A stretch of DNA of 64,000 nucleotides from the IMG/VR virus record IMGVR_UViG_3300024348_000008; one strand, 5' to 3'. The DNA is from a virus. Of the stretch, positions 1 to 10,115 are shown piece after piece. The number at the start of each line of letters is the position of its first letter. Position 1 is the stretch's first letter. The position numbers were made by a program, and so were the translations under genes. Under the pieces are notes generated by a model that worked only from the letters and a program-made list of their open reading frames with translations, did not search any database and was not told the DNA's origin.

Positions 1-30
1 AATAGTACCATACGTTAAATAATATAATTC

Positions 31-38
31 TATTTATA
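31..38 (-). promoter_or_regulatory. T4-like late promoter (TATAAATA on the minus strand) for a divergent gene outside the window; overlaps a TATAAGTA variant (37..44) on + upstream of gp48
   Basis: tatttata at 31..38 is the reverse complement of TATAAATA, in intergenic sequence. Confidence 0.5.
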
Positions 39-59
39 TAAGTAAAATAGGTACTAAAT

Positions 60-917
60 ATGGCAAAATCACCAATTCTTACATATCCGCAAACATTACG
101 CGCAGACGCCGAAGCCGGAAATCAACCCTTTATGAGTTTTTCATTGAAACAACATGGCCAAGCCGAACTTGATGAAATGATATTTCTTTATCTCCCGGCT
201 TCTTTATCATCTTCAGATGGAGCATCATATACTGGTGTAGATTTGGGCGTGGCAAGACAGGCCGGTGCAGTAAGAGACGAATTAAAAGGAACTAACAAAA
301 TTACCGACGATGATCTTGCTGCGGTTATGTTAGCTAAATTTAAAGCCGGAGGAGAAACTTTAGCGGCTGTAGCAGCAGAAGCTTCAATAAAATCTGGATT
401 AGCTCTTAATCCATTTACAAATATGTCCTTCGAATCAATGACACTAAGAACTTGGTCCTTTGAATTTAAAATGATATCAGAATCCGCAGAAGAAGCAGAA
501 TCAATTAGAAACATAGAGAATTTCTTTAGAAAAAATATGTATCCAGAAAAACAAGGATCTTTGGCATTACGATATCCTCCTCAAGTTAGAACACAATTTT
601 GGGATGGAGAATCAGAATCACGATTCTTACCTATGATTATGGATTCTTATATAACGAGTTTAGATGTTACATGGAACGAATCTAATCAAATGTTTCATGG
701 TGATGGAGCACCAGTAGAAACATCAATGTCGCTTTCTTTATCAGAAAATAGATCACTTACTCGTGGAGATCTTTATGGTGGTAATTTAGAATATAATAGA
801 GGTGGAAGAGATAATATGAAATCAGACGTAGCAGATGCGACATCGGCCACAGATTTAAATAATGAACAATATAGATCAGAAAATCCACCGCCTGATGAAA
901 ATGCAGGAGCTCAATAA
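60..917 (+). CDS. gp48: baseplate tail-tube cap, T4 gp48-like
   Basis: IFLYLP, LNPFTNMSFESMTLRTWSFEFKM, SAEEAESIRNI, LRYPP and HGDGAPV motifs; lies directly before gp53. Confidence 0.8.
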   Translation: MAKSPILTYPQTLRADAEAGNQPFMSFSLKQHGQAELDEMIFLYLPASLSSSDGASYTGVDLGVARQAGAVRDELKGTNKITDDDLAAVMLAKFKAGGETLAAVAAEASIKSGLALNPFTNMSFESMTLRTWSFEFKMISESAEEAESIRNIENFFRKNMYPEKQGSLALRYPPQVRTQFWDGESESRFLPMIMDSYITSLDVTWNESNQMFHGDGAPVETSMSLSLSENRSLTRGDLYGGNLEYNRGGRDNMKSDVADATSATDLNNEQYRSENPPPDENAGAQ

Positions 918-1840
918 TGTCATTTTTTAAACTATTTCCATCAACACAATATGATTTTAATCGCGATGGGGTGCTTCAAAACGTTATAGACATTTATAGA
1001 TCTGTAAGGCCCGAAGGAACCTATATTGATAATGTAGCAGCATATAAAAATACTAGTATACAAAATGGAGAACGTCCTGATGTATTATCTTTAAGATTAT
1101 ACGGTACAACTGATTACTATTGGACATTTTTTGTAATCAACGAGCATCTTCATGATGGTTTATCTGTTTGGCCTATGTCACAAGAAGATCTTCAAGAATA
1201 TTATGCGGCCGAATATAACGGTTATGCAGTATCTTCTAAAGGCGGTATCACGGCATTAGATAGAAATTCAGATTTGGCCATAACAGGATATCCTGATTCT
1301 CTTGCAGATAGATTTGTTGTTGGAGAAACAGTATATGGTGGTATATCTGGTGCAAAAGGTACACTCACTAAAAAAGATCTAGATTTAAATCAATTAATTA
1401 TTCAAGATGTTACTCTTGGAACAGCAGGAATAGATCCTGCAACAGGAAATGCCAAGGCCTCTATTATTGGGGGTGGATTTCTTGGAGATCCTGATTTATC
1501 TTCAAATAGTTCAGAAACAATAATTGGTGGTACCAGTGGAGATTTTGTCGACACATATCGATCTTGGAAATACCGAGTGGCTCCACATCATTATTATTCA
1601 AAAAGCCTTTCAAATACTGATTCCTTTGGTAATGTATTATATAATGGAACAGAATCATCCCAGCGCCCAATAACGGCAGCAGAGAATATTCCAGGTGGAG
1701 AATCAATGAACAATGTGGCCTATATCACTAATCAGGCCCATTTAGAACAATTAAATTTTGATAGATCAACAATTAGAACTATCAGTTCACAATACATAGA
1801 ACAATTTGTAGAAGACTTTGAAGAGCTAATCAATGCCTAA
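917..1840 (+). CDS. gp53: baseplate wedge subunit, T4 gp53-like, with an internal insertion
   Basis: MSFFKLFP start, GERPDVLSLRLYG-YYWTFFVIN, WPMSQ, PHHY, C-terminal IRTI..YIEQFVEDFEELI; TAATG coupling to gp48. Confidence 0.85.
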   Translation: MSFFKLFPSTQYDFNRDGVLQNVIDIYRSVRPEGTYIDNVAAYKNTSIQNGERPDVLSLRLYGTTDYYWTFFVINEHLHDGLSVWPMSQEDLQEYYAAEYNGYAVSSKGGITALDRNSDLAITGYPDSLADRFVVGETVYGGISGAKGTLTKKDLDLNQLIIQDVTLGTAGIDPATGNAKASIIGGGFLGDPDLSSNSSETIIGGTSGDFVDTYRSWKYRVAPHHYYSKSLSNTDSFGNVLYNGTESSQRPITAAENIPGGESMNNVAYITNQAHLEQLNFDRSTIRTISSQYIEQFVEDFEELINA

Positions 1841-3146
1841 AACACAATCATTTGTAGCCGGCGACGGAACTTCTAATGCATTACCATCCGCATATGAGGT
1901 ACGGGAATGCATAGTTTATGCCAATTCCGGTAAAGAATATAATATAACCGATCTGGTAGGAACAATATTAATACAAGAAGCATTAGGCCAGGAATCAATT
2001 GATGTAGAAATTGGTATAATAGATGCCATACAATTTTTGGAAAATGCCATAATTTCTGGTAATGAGAAAATATCTTTAAAAATTGTTCATAAATCCTTCA
2101 AAAAGGATGATAAAGAGAAGAAAAAATATGATCTGAAACTTCGGATATCTGAAATTTCAGGCTTTGTAAGATCAAAACCTGGTACTCAATCATATCATTT
2201 CATTTGTTTTTCTGAACATATGTATACCAATATAATTAAAAAGTTAATAAGACCGTTCGAGGGTAGTATTGGTTCTATTATATCAAATATTTGTAAGAGA
2301 GATCTTAAGATCGAGAAGATTGAAAAAATTAATACCGAAACAAAGGGTATTATAAAGGGTATTTTTCCGAGATTGGCTCCTATTGATGCAATTACCTGGT
2401 TAAATAGAAATGCCTTTGATGGTCAGACACCATTTTATTTCACCGACACCCTTGCAAAGGGAATAATATACGATTCATACAAATCTATTTGTGATTCTCC
2501 AGTCTTCAAAGAGTATACAATGGGTCTGATAGAAACAAAAACCGGTACAGAAGAACATTATGAGGCAATGAGTAAACAGGTTATAAAATTATCTTCGCCG
2601 ATGCAAATGGCATCTATTGTTAATCTAAGTGAAGGTGCATATGCGAGTACCCTTCACACCTTGGATATGAGTACAAAGAAATATAATAAATTTTTCTTTG
2701 ATTATAATGTAAAAAATCCAAAAATGTTAAATAAAAATAAACCATTCTCTGATAAAACAGAGATAGACGGAATAAAATATAATCAGACAAAGGATTCTAA
2801 ACATTATTTTGTTTCGACCAATAAAAATTCTTTCGAAGGAGCATTCGATACATATCAGGACCCTTCGGTTCCTACAATATTAGAGGCCCAGGCCACAAAT
2901 TCAAACATACAAACATCGGGTCAGACAATTACTGTTCTGGGAGATTTTGATATGACACCCGGAAAGAAAATAACCCTAGTTTTGCCTAAGAGTATGGGTA
3001 TAGATGCCTCCGGAACTAAAGATAAAATCATAGGAGGTAATTATATTGTAACAGATATTACACACCAATTCTATGAAGAGTATCAAATGGTTCTAGAAAT
3101 TAAAAAGGATAGTTCTGTAATAGATATGAGTGGAGAATCATTATGA
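1833..3146 (+). CDS. baseplate hub protein (gp27/GPD-like position and features)
   Basis: 437 aa between gp53 and gp5; C-terminal VLGDFDMTPGKKITL and GNYIVTDITHQF motifs typical of hub proteins. Confidence 0.6.
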   Translation: MPKTQSFVAGDGTSNALPSAYEVRECIVYANSGKEYNITDLVGTILIQEALGQESIDVEIGIIDAIQFLENAIISGNEKISLKIVHKSFKKDDKEKKKYDLKLRISEISGFVRSKPGTQSYHFICFSEHMYTNIIKKLIRPFEGSIGSIISNICKRDLKIEKIEKINTETKGIIKGIFPRLAPIDAITWLNRNAFDGQTPFYFTDTLAKGIIYDSYKSICDSPVFKEYTMGLIETKTGTEEHYEAMSKQVIKLSSPMQMASIVNLSEGAYASTLHTLDMSTKKYNKFFFDYNVKNPKMLNKNKPFSDKTEIDGIKYNQTKDSKHYFVSTNKNSFEGAFDTYQDPSVPTILEAQATNSNIQTSGQTITVLGDFDMTPGKKITLVLPKSMGIDASGTKDKIIGGNYIVTDITHQFYEEYQMVLEIKKDSSVIDMSGESL

Positions 3147-4474
3147 GAAAAATAGATCAATTTATGCATGGTGAATTCAATTGGTTTACCGGTGTAGTAG
3201 AGGATAGAGAAGATCCTTTAGAAATGAACCGAGTAAAGGTGCGATGTTTTGGTTACCATACAGATGATAAAGGAATAGTACCGACAGATGCCCTTCCATG
3301 GGCCACTGTCATGATGCCCGTTACAGAGGCCGGAACATCCGGCATTGGAGCCGGCCCACATGGCCTAATGAATGGATCATGGGTGGTGGGCTTCTTTAGA
3401 GACGGCCCATCGGCGCAGGATCCTCTTATAATGGGTTCTATTGCAAGTATGTCGTCAGAGGCCGGCTCCGGAGCAGGCTTCGAAGATCCGGCCGAAGAAT
3501 ACCCAAAAATCGAGTATGTCGGCATTTCTGATGTAAATAAATCTGGCCGAACAGACCATTACAAAAAAACAGATGTATATACGAAGAAAAATACCGTCAG
3601 AATATCAACAAAGGTGGCATCTCCGGCAAAAATTACCACAGTGGCACCAGATAAGACAGAAACCGAGTACTATGATGAAAAAACATGGGACGAATTACCG
3701 GTAGGCAACGACCATATACCCACATATCCTTACAATAAGGTAACAGAGTCAGAATCCGGCCATATTAACGAGATTGATGACAGCCCAGGATCCGAAAGAC
3801 TCCATAATTACCACAGATCCGGCACATTTGAAGAGATATACAATGACGGTACACGAAATATAAAAATAATTGGCGACGACCATGAAATAGTATTGAAAAA
3901 TAAAAATATGTACATCAGAGGAGACCTAAACCTTACGGTGACAGGTGATCTTCGACACATGGTATACGGTAATTATCATCTAGAGGTAGAGAAAGATTTT
4001 ACCCAGAACATAAAGGGATCTATTCAACAGAAGGTAGGCGGTAATTTAGAGGCAGAGATCAGTAGAAACAGAGCCACGAACATTGGTATAAACGATAACC
4101 TCACGGTCCTGAATAACCAGATAACCGCCACCACAAATGATAAAATCCAGACAGTGGGTAATGATTATATAATACAGACCACAAACAATTTCGCAAACAC
4201 GGCATATAATAATCAAACAATATATGCAGAGAAAGATATTATATCAATGAACCAAGGATTATTAAAAATAACTACAAAAGGACAGCAAACATTATCTGGT
4301 GAAAACCTGGATATAACAAACAATGTAGATATAACGGGTACATCCTATGCTACGGTAGATCATTTATCTAATACTATATCAGGAGTAGGCCATATTCATA
4401 GTCAATCGGCTGATGCTGGTGGTAATACTGAGGTCGATACTGCTGTACCATCTATGCCGCCAGAGGATCCATAA
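3143..4474 (+). CDS. gp5: baseplate central spike gp5: OB-fold plus beta-helix, no lysozyme domain, C-terminal HxH
   Basis: WFTGVVEDREDPLEMNRVKVRCFGYH, LPWA, GSWVVGFFRDG, YPYNKVTESESGH, DDSPGSERLHNYHRSGTFEEI. Confidence 0.9.
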   Translation: MRKIDQFMHGEFNWFTGVVEDREDPLEMNRVKVRCFGYHTDDKGIVPTDALPWATVMMPVTEAGTSGIGAGPHGLMNGSWVVGFFRDGPSAQDPLIMGSIASMSSEAGSGAGFEDPAEEYPKIEYVGISDVNKSGRTDHYKKTDVYTKKNTVRISTKVASPAKITTVAPDKTETEYYDEKTWDELPVGNDHIPTYPYNKVTESESGHINEIDDSPGSERLHNYHRSGTFEEIYNDGTRNIKIIGDDHEIVLKNKNMYIRGDLNLTVTGDLRHMVYGNYHLEVEKDFTQNIKGSIQQKVGGNLEAEISRNRATNIGINDNLTVLNNQITATTNDKIQTVGNDYIIQTTNNFANTAYNNQTIYAEKDIISMNQGLLKITTKGQQTLSGENLDITNNVDITGTSYATVDHLSNTISGVGHIHSQSADAGGNTEVDTAVPSMPPEDP

Positions 4475-4683
4475 TGAATATTTTTTTAAAAACGGAACGA
4501 ATTGTACAGGGAGTAAGGAATTTTTTTTCGAGTAAGAGAAAAGATGTTCGTTATTTGAGTGGTGTTCAAAAAAATAATGTGAAACCAACAGATATGGAGC
4601 TGTTCTGTACAATGCAGAAAACTAAGCGTTTGGCTGATGTAAAGAGTCGAAGCAATACCGGTCGTTTAAGGGGAATGAGGTGA
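4474..4683 (+). CDS. short basic hypothetical protein (coding status uncertain)
   Basis: TAATG overlap with the gp5 stop and fills the gap before the next RBS; no recognisable motif. Confidence 0.4.
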   Translation: MNIFLKTERIVQGVRNFFSSKRKDVRYLSGVQKNNVKPTDMELFCTMQKTKRLADVKSRSNTGRLRGMR

Positions 4684-4687
4684 TACT

Positions 4688-5539
4688 ATGTCAGGTCAAA
4701 TAGATACCAACAAAACTGTCACAGACATTAAGGCAAAGCAGGCAGAAATCGAAGGCATGGCCGCCGAAGGCAAAGATAAGTTAACAGATGCATCGTCGAA
4801 GTTAACGGAATTAAAGGCCGAGATGGCGGCTCTTATACCCACCCTGCCTGTAATACCCTCTATACAAGGAGAGCTCTCTAAGCTGGGTAGTTTGGACGCG
4901 GGTGGATTACTAAGCAAGGTATCCTCTCTTATCACTAAGTTCTCCTCTGCTGTACCTGGTCTATCCGATTTAATGGGCTCTATGGGTCTATCCTCTTTCC
5001 CGCCTGCCATTGATATAAGTGCTATCACAGAGAAGATCCCTAACGTAGAGGAAATAGATGGTAAGCTAGTAACTCAACCCGCGGAATCGTTAGTGGCCGA
5101 GGCTGCCCCAGCTGCACCCGTTGAGAAGGTGGTGGTAGAGATTGATTACGGAGAACTCAGCATAACACTCCTTAAAAGGGCCCAAGGCTATGCAAAGGGT
5201 AAAATATTAAATGAATCCCGGGCCACGTGGCCTTCTAAGAAAGCCGATCGGTTTGCAATCAAATATATATGGGCCTTTGCAAACTGGACCAAAGTAGCCG
5301 AGGTGGCCGGCACTACGGTAGAAGAGTTAAGTAAGTATAAGAATATAGGGAATAAAGAAGCATATGAGAGGTACATTGCGGGCTATACAGGTGCTGCCGG
5401 GTACGATGTTAACCTATACCATACCAACATACAAAAAAGATATAACGTTATAAGAGATAAACATCCTGAGTCCTCTGATATACTAGATTGGACGGCCGTG
5501 ATAAAGAAGTATTGGGAAGATCTCCAAAAGAACATGTAA
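4688..5539 (+). CDS. hypothetical protein, N-terminal coiled-coil-like and Ala/Pro linker
   Basis: 283-aa ORF with GAGGTG RBS, between gp5 and gp25. Confidence 0.6.
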   Translation: MSGQIDTNKTVTDIKAKQAEIEGMAAEGKDKLTDASSKLTELKAEMAALIPTLPVIPSIQGELSKLGSLDAGGLLSKVSSLITKFSSAVPGLSDLMGSMGLSSFPPAIDISAITEKIPNVEEIDGKLVTQPAESLVAEAAPAAPVEKVVVEIDYGELSITLLKRAQGYAKGKILNESRATWPSKKADRFAIKYIWAFANWTKVAEVAGTTVEELSKYKNIGNKEAYERYIAGYTGAAGYDVNLYHTNIQKRYNVIRDKHPESSDILDWTAVIKKYWEDLQKNM

Positions 5540-5544
5540 AGGTA

Positions 5545-5552
5545 TATAAATA
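5545..5552 (+). promoter_or_regulatory. late promoter TATAAATA, 13 nt before the gp25 ATG (probably leaderless)
   Basis: exact consensus, intergenic. Confidence 0.8.
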
Positions 5553-5557
5553 GATCT

Positions 5558-5983
5558 ATGAGTATATTATCAGATAGTACAGGTCAATCACTGGTAGCAC
5601 GTAAGAGAGGCTGGGCAGATCTAGATCTTGCCCTTACCCTACATCCTATTAGGAAAGATATCATCCCTTTAAGAGATATAAGCGCAGTTAAGAACGCCGT
5701 GCGGAACTTGTTACAGACCAACTTCTATGAGAGACCCTTCCAATCGACCACAGGGGCCAATCTAAGGGGATTACTATTTGAACCGAACGACGTAATTACC
5801 CGGATAGCCATGAGAGAAGGCATCAAAGAGGTACTTACCCAATACGAACCGAGAATTCACTTGCAGGGGTTATACATAGAAGAGACGTCCCAGGGGAATG
5901 GCTTTAAAATTACGATTGCGTTCAGGGTAAAAGAAAATAGTTCTACCCAAGAGGTCGAATTAATTCTAAGAAGGTTAAGATAA
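5558..5983 (+). CDS. gp25: baseplate wedge subunit gp25
   Basis: DLDLALTLHP, AVKNAVRNLLQTNFYERPF, LRGLLFE, YEPRI, C-terminal LRRLR. Confidence 0.92.
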   Translation: MSILSDSTGQSLVARKRGWADLDLALTLHPIRKDIIPLRDISAVKNAVRNLLQTNFYERPFQSTTGANLRGLLFEPNDVITRIAMREGIKEVLTQYEPRIHLQGLYIEETSQGNGFKITIAFRVKENSSTQEVELILRRLR

Positions 5984-6021
5984 TTTTTTTTCTCCCGGTA
6001 ATTTTTTCCCCGGGGTAATTA
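5981..6021. repeat. intergenic imperfect tandem TAATT-T(n)-CCCGG repeat with a CCCCGGGG palindromic core
   Basis: taatttttttttctcccgg-taattttttccccgggg-taatta read directly. Confidence 0.6.
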
Positions 6022-6039
6022 ACACAGGAATAAGAAAAG

Positions 6040-7908
6040 ATGGCAACAAATTTAAAAGTAACAGAGTTAGACTTTGATCAGATAAAACTGAATCTTAAGA
6101 ACTACCTCAAAACCCAATCTACATTTAATGATTATGATTTTGATGGGTCCGGTCTCTCTGTACTCCTTGATGTTCTTTCATATAATACTCATTACAATGC
6201 CATGGCCGCTCACTTTGCCCTTAATGAGGCCTTTCTTGATTCTGCCCAGATAAGGGGTAATGTTGTATCTCGGGCCAATCTGTTAGGATATACTCCTCGT
6301 TCTAAGTTAGGGAGTAGGGCAACGATTGAAGTAAAGGTCGATGTCACCGGTCTATCCGGTACTCCTACCGCTCTTACTCTTTCTCGAGGAACCAAGTTTA
6401 CTTCTATTGTCCAGGGTCTGGAATATAATTATGTTGTTCTTGAAACACAGACCGCCACCAAGACGGCCAATGTATATACCTTTACCGATGTTGTAATAGC
6501 CGAAGGTACATACAAGACCCTTAAGTTCAGGGTAGATAATGATATCGCCATTCAGAAATTTCAGATATCCGATAAGGATGCCGATACAAGTACTCTTCGT
6601 GTAAGGGTTCAGGCCAATCAGGAATCCACCTCTTATGATATCTTCTCTAAGTTTACCACTCTTCTTAATGTTACCTCTACCTCAAAGATCTTCCATCTTC
6701 AAGAGAATTCAAACGAGTATTACGAAATATATTTTGGTGACGGGGTAACAGGGTTCAAACCTACAAACAATAACATCGTCACAATGGATTATATCTTTAC
6801 AAATGGAAAGGATGCAAACGGGGCCAAGACCTTTACGGCCGTCGATAATGTGGGAGGATATACCAATATTACCGTCTCAACAACCAGTAATGCCACCGGT
6901 GGGGCAGATCAGGAAACAATGGAGAGTATTAGATATAATGCTCCGCTTACATTTACTTCCCAAAACCGGGCCGTGACCTCCGATGATTATCGTGCGATCA
7001 TACAAAGGGAGTTCTCTGACATCGATGCCATCTCTACATGGGGTGGAGAAGATAATGATCCACCCGATTATGGTGCCATTTATGTCTGTATAAAACCCGT
7101 TCTAAACGATGCCCTCACCACAGATCAGAAGACAGAGATAAAGGATACCGTTCTGAAGGGAAAGAACGTGGTCTCTATCACACCTACCCTGGTGGATCCT
7201 AACTATACATACCTGGATCTTGACGTATACTTTAAATATAACAACAACCTTACGGATCGTACTTCGGTAGAACTCGCCTCTGTGGTAAGAGATACCATCG
7301 ATGATTATAACTTTAATAACCTTAATAAATTCGATGGCGTATTTAGACATTCCCAACTTCTAAAGAGAATCGATTCGTCCGATCCTTCTATTCAGAACTC
7401 GACGGTTCGTCCTTTCATGCATAAGACAATCACACCTCTTGCCACGACAGATCTTAACAACCATACTCTTAACTTTACCGGTTCGTTCTATGTCAGTGGC
7501 TCTGCAACAGACTCTGTCATTTCCAGTTCCGCATTTCAAATAAACGGTGTCGATAACTGGTTCGGTGATGAGGCGGTATCCGGTCAGACCACACGAAGGG
7601 TATATGCATACAAGATTATTAATTCTCTTGAAGTAAAAACAATTTCGGATTGTGGAACGGTCAACTCGGCCACAGGTCAGATTATTCTAAATAACTTTGT
7701 ACCCACGGATTCAACCGGTAATACGGTATATACCGATATTAAAATAACCGTGAAACCGGATTCCCTTGACATTGCACCAAAGAGAGATCAACTTTTAAAT
7801 ATCACTGCGGCCGGTGTTCTGATAACCCCTGAAATTGATACGATCGCAGTATCTGGTTCTACCGGTTCAATTGGATATACAACTACCTCGAGATTTAGGA
7901 CCTCATAA
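6040..7908 (+). CDS. gp6: baseplate wedge subunit gp6
   Basis: [71 protein letters not shown]. Confidence 0.95.
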   Translation: MATNLKVTELDFDQIKLNLKNYLKTQSTFNDYDFDGSGLSVLLDVLSYNTHYNAMAAHFALNEAFLDSAQIRGNVVSRANLLGYTPRSKLGSRATIEVKVDVTGLSGTPTALTLSRGTKFTSIVQGLEYNYVVLETQTATKTANVYTFTDVVIAEGTYKTLKFRVDNDIAIQKFQISDKDADTSTLRVRVQANQESTSYDIFSKFTTLLNVTSTSKIFHLQENSNEYYEIYFGDGVTGFKPTNNNIVTMDYIFTNGKDANGAKTFTAVDNVGGYTNITVSTTSNATGGADQETMESIRYNAPLTFTSQNRAVTSDDYRAIIQREFSDIDAISTWGGEDNDPPDYGAIYVCIKPVLNDALTTDQKTEIKDTVLKGKNVVSITPTLVDPNYTYLDLDVYFKYNNNLTDRTSVELASVVRDTIDDYNFNNLNKFDGVFRHSQLLKRIDSSDPSIQNSTVRPFMHKTITPLATTDLNNHTLNFTGSFYVSGSATDSVISSSAFQINGVDNWFGDEAVSGQTTRRVYAYKIINSLEVKTISDCGTVNSATGQIILNNFVPTDSTGNTVYTDIKITVKPDSLDIAPKRDQLLNITAAGVLITPEIDTIAVSGSTGSIGYTTTSRFRTS

Positions 7909-10103
7909 TGTCAATATACGGATCACATTCTGCCTCGCCCGGATATATAGAATCCGTTGCAAGCACTAAGCGGAAAACAAAAGAAGACATTAGAATAGAA
8001 CAACTTATTCCGTCTGACATTTTGGATAACGCGGGTGGTATTAAGAATCTTCTCAAGGCCTATTATCAATTTAATAATATGGAAGAGTTTATATACTCTG
8101 CAGAAGAAATATTCTCTGATGTTATTCTAAGTGGAAAGGCGGTCTTTAGAATATCCGATCCGGAAAATTCGAACGATCATTTCTTTTCTGATTCTACAGG
8201 TGCAAACTCGACCGCGGTTATTACAAACGCCGATGGTTCAACTACACCTGTTTCACTTTCAAATGTTAATATAAACATATCGAATGGTAATGAATTACCC
8301 GGTTCATTGGCCACTTCGACTGCCATTTCCGGTAAAACATTTACGATCAACAATCTTTCGGCATATAACGGATTAACAATTAAGCTTACAACAAAGGTTA
8401 CATATTGGGTAGGTCCTGGTCCATCATATGTTTTAAATGCCATTGAAGAGGCACTAAACATTGATGAGAATACCAATGATTATTTAGAACTTATGCAGAA
8501 AGAAATCGCTGCGGCCATTCCAAGAGATTTACAGGTTGATAAGAGAACATTATATAAATCAATTGTAGACTTTTATAAAGTAAGAGGCTCGGCAGATTCT
8601 ATCGATATATTCTTTAGACTATTGTTTAATGAAACAGTTGAAGTAGAAGAGCCATGGAATAAAACACTTATTCCTTCTTCGGGTACCTGGATTAATGGTA
8701 CATCAACCACTGCAACGGTTGCAAGTAATGTATCTTCTTCTACCGCGGTAACATTAAGTGAGGCAAATGCCGACATTCGTTTAGGTGCCACAATAACAGG
8801 AACAGGTATATCTGGTACCGTAACAGTATCAGGTATAACAGGAACATCTCTTACACTTTCTTCTGCACAAACTATTTCTGCCAATACGGTTCTAACGATT
8901 GTACAGACAGGTTCTTATGCAGATACAAAGGGTATGTTGAGTAATAATATTAAAATACAAGATTCTGCATACTATCAAAAATTTAGTTATCTTATTCGTA
9001 CCGGTAAAAATCTGGCCGATTGGAAAAATGCATTTACAAAATTAGTACATCCGGCCGGTTTCAAATTCTTCGGAGAAATTTTACTCTTAACACAATTAAC
9101 TCGAGCAGCATTAGGTGATAGTGATAAAGTTAGTTTACGAGTCGCAGGTGAAGGACCTACTCAGGCAAGTGCAGAATTAAGTGAACACGGAAATGAAGGT
9201 TTCGGTGTAGGCAATACAATGTATGCATATAAGGATATATACGGAAGAACAAATAGAAAAACATTATCATCAATACCAACTCTTCAACCGGGTGCAATTG
9301 GTGTTGAAGATTTCCCTATACTTGTTCAGGCATATGTGGCAATGTTCTCTCCTAATATTGAACCACGAATTAATAGGAATGCAACAACAACCGTAACACT
9401 TTCTAGTGGTGCAGTTTCTACAATAACTCCTGTCGACAGAGGATATGGATATCCATTATCTCCTTCTGCTGTACCTACTGTAACAATTACGGGTGATGGA
9501 GGATCTGGTGCGACGGCAACATGTACAGTTGACGAATTAGGACAAGTAGATACAATAACAATTACGGCCGGTGGATCTGGATATACTTCGGCCTCTGCTT
9601 CAATAAGTGCGAATGCCGATGCAGGAAAACTAAATGAAATTATATTAAGTAACTTAGGTGATAAGAGATATAGAACTGCACCAACAATTGTAATTGACCC
9701 TCCAACTTCTACAGATGCAGAAGGTGTTTTACTTGGATCAAACGTTACTGCAACTGCACATTGTAATCTAGATGCAGAAGGTGAAATAACAAGTGTAACT
9801 ATAGACAACGTTGGTTATGGATATGTTTTAGATCCTGTATTGAAAATTGGATCTACTGCCTCTGGTGAAACAAGAGCACAAGATATTAAACCAATATTAA
9901 TATTATTACTTAATCATCTTGAAGATATAACACGAACAATTAACGGAAACAATCACTTCAATAATAAACGTGATTATGATTCCATAACTAAATTTAGAGA
10001 CGAGACGCCAATAATACATTACTCTTCGAATATTATTCAAGATGGCCTTGGAACTAGTATAAATAGATATAGCTCATTAAGTAATATTGAACTACAAACA
10101 TAA
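7908..10103 (+). CDS. gp7: baseplate wedge initiator, gp7-like
   Basis: [46 protein letters not shown]; G-x-GY/GGSGATA repeats; between gp6 and gp8. Confidence 0.75.
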   Translation: MSIYGSHSASPGYIESVASTKRKTKEDIRIEQLIPSDILDNAGGIKNLLKAYYQFNNMEEFIYSAEEIFSDVILSGKAVFRISDPENSNDHFFSDSTGANSTAVITNADGSTTPVSLSNVNINISNGNELPGSLATSTAISGKTFTINNLSAYNGLTIKLTTKVTYWVGPGPSYVLNAIEEALNIDENTNDYLELMQKEIAAAIPRDLQVDKRTLYKSIVDFYKVRGSADSIDIFFRLLFNETVEVEEPWNKTLIPSSGTWINGTSTTATVASNVSSSTAVTLSEANADIRLGATITGTGISGTVTVSGITGTSLTLSSAQTISANTVLTIVQTGSYADTKGMLSNNIKIQDSAYYQKFSYLIRTGKNLADWKNAFTKLVHPAGFKFFGEILLLTQLTRAALGDSDKVSLRVAGEGPTQASAELSEHGNEGFGVGNTMYAYKDIYGRTNRKTLSSIPTLQPGAIGVEDFPILVQAYVAMFSPNIEPRINRNATTTVTLSSGAVSTITPVDRGYGYPLSPSAVPTVTITGDGGSGATATCTVDELGQVDTITITAGGSGYTSASASISANADAGKLNEIILSNLGDKRYRTAPTIVIDPPTSTDAEGVLLGSNVTATAHCNLDAEGEITSVTIDNVGYGYVLDPVLKIGSTASGETRAQDIKPILILLLNHLEDITRTINGNNHFNNKRDYDSITKFRDETPIIHYSSNIIQDGLGTSINRYSSLSNIELQT
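10058..10065 (+). promoter_or_regulatory. late promoter upstream of gp8, inside the gp7 3' end
   Basis: exact TATAAATA 58 nt before the gp8 ATG. Confidence 0.65.
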
Positions 10104-10115
10104 CGGGAAACAATC

